NCBI GenBank assembly: GCA_964016885.1
Contig: OZ024749.1
Location: 21,824,001 to 21,888,000, forward strand
Length of the DNA: 64,000 bases
Source: Eledone cirrhosa
Taxonomy: Eukaryota
Reading direction: 5' to 3'
Numbering within the stretch: the first letter of the stretch is position 1; each line of letters starts with the position of its first letter. The notes beneath the pieces were generated by a model. The model did not search any database. It saw nothing but the letters and a program-made list of their open reading frames with translations, and was not told where the DNA came from. The position numbers and the translations under genes are program-made. Below are positions 63,701 to 64,000 of this stretch, piece by piece.

Positions 63701-63966
63701 GCTGATCGTAATAAATGAGAAAGACTGTATATGAGGGAAAAGTTGCCTTTGAGGCATCTCGAATCGCATACGAGAAAGTAAAGCGGGATGTGAGGAAGAG
63801 CATTGCTGTTGTACTTCCAGACGGCGAGGGTCCTCCTATAGTGATGACATGCAGCGTATGTGCGAGACTCTGCCTAAGCAAAGCTGGACTCGAAAGTCAT
63901 CTTCGCAGTCATAAAATAAGACCAGTGGTTGACTACCAGGCTGCTGTTGGAGATGCCACTCATCAT
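60735..63966 (+). mobile_element. RTE-clade LINE, near full-length, decayed (APE endonuclease, RT, C-terminal C2H2-like motif)
   Basis: WNVRTL, ALSETRL, VYAPT, LGDFNAR, NYRGISLL, QSGFRAGRGT, FVDLTKAFD, GVKQG, YADD, FVYLGS, RLRWSGH, CSVC..C..KAGLESHLRSH; several stops and small deletions. Confidence 0.95.
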
Positions 63967-64000
63967 GCTTGCCAAGCATGTAGTAGAGAATGTAAATCAG

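Overview
Gene-free, AT-rich animal (eukaryotic) DNA. The SINE family present resembles octopus SINEs as I recall them, so a cephalopod origin is an inference. I cannot support any host protein-coding gene; most listed ORFs are microsatellite artefacts. Region 1-43 kb is a (TA)n-embedded nest of five decayed Penelope-like retroelements (RT with C-terminal GIY-YIG, two lineages) and many short pseudo-LTR (pLTR) modules. It also holds a DD37D (maT) transposon, L1/Tx1-like and CR1-like LINE ends, and a hAT-like MITE. Reading by eye, these modules carry about 27 type I hammerhead ribozyme motifs in about 11 sequence families, on both strands. Variants include an extended stem II, U4C, U3-A8 and an extra base after A9. 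The motifs sit in repeated fold-back palindromes and in kb-scale inverted duplications. Region 44.4-57.2 kb is a 12.7 kb GTT/GGTACT compound satellite with higher-order duplications. Region 57-64 kb holds SINEs and a near full-length decayed RTE LINE. All calls were made manually and boundaries are approximate.
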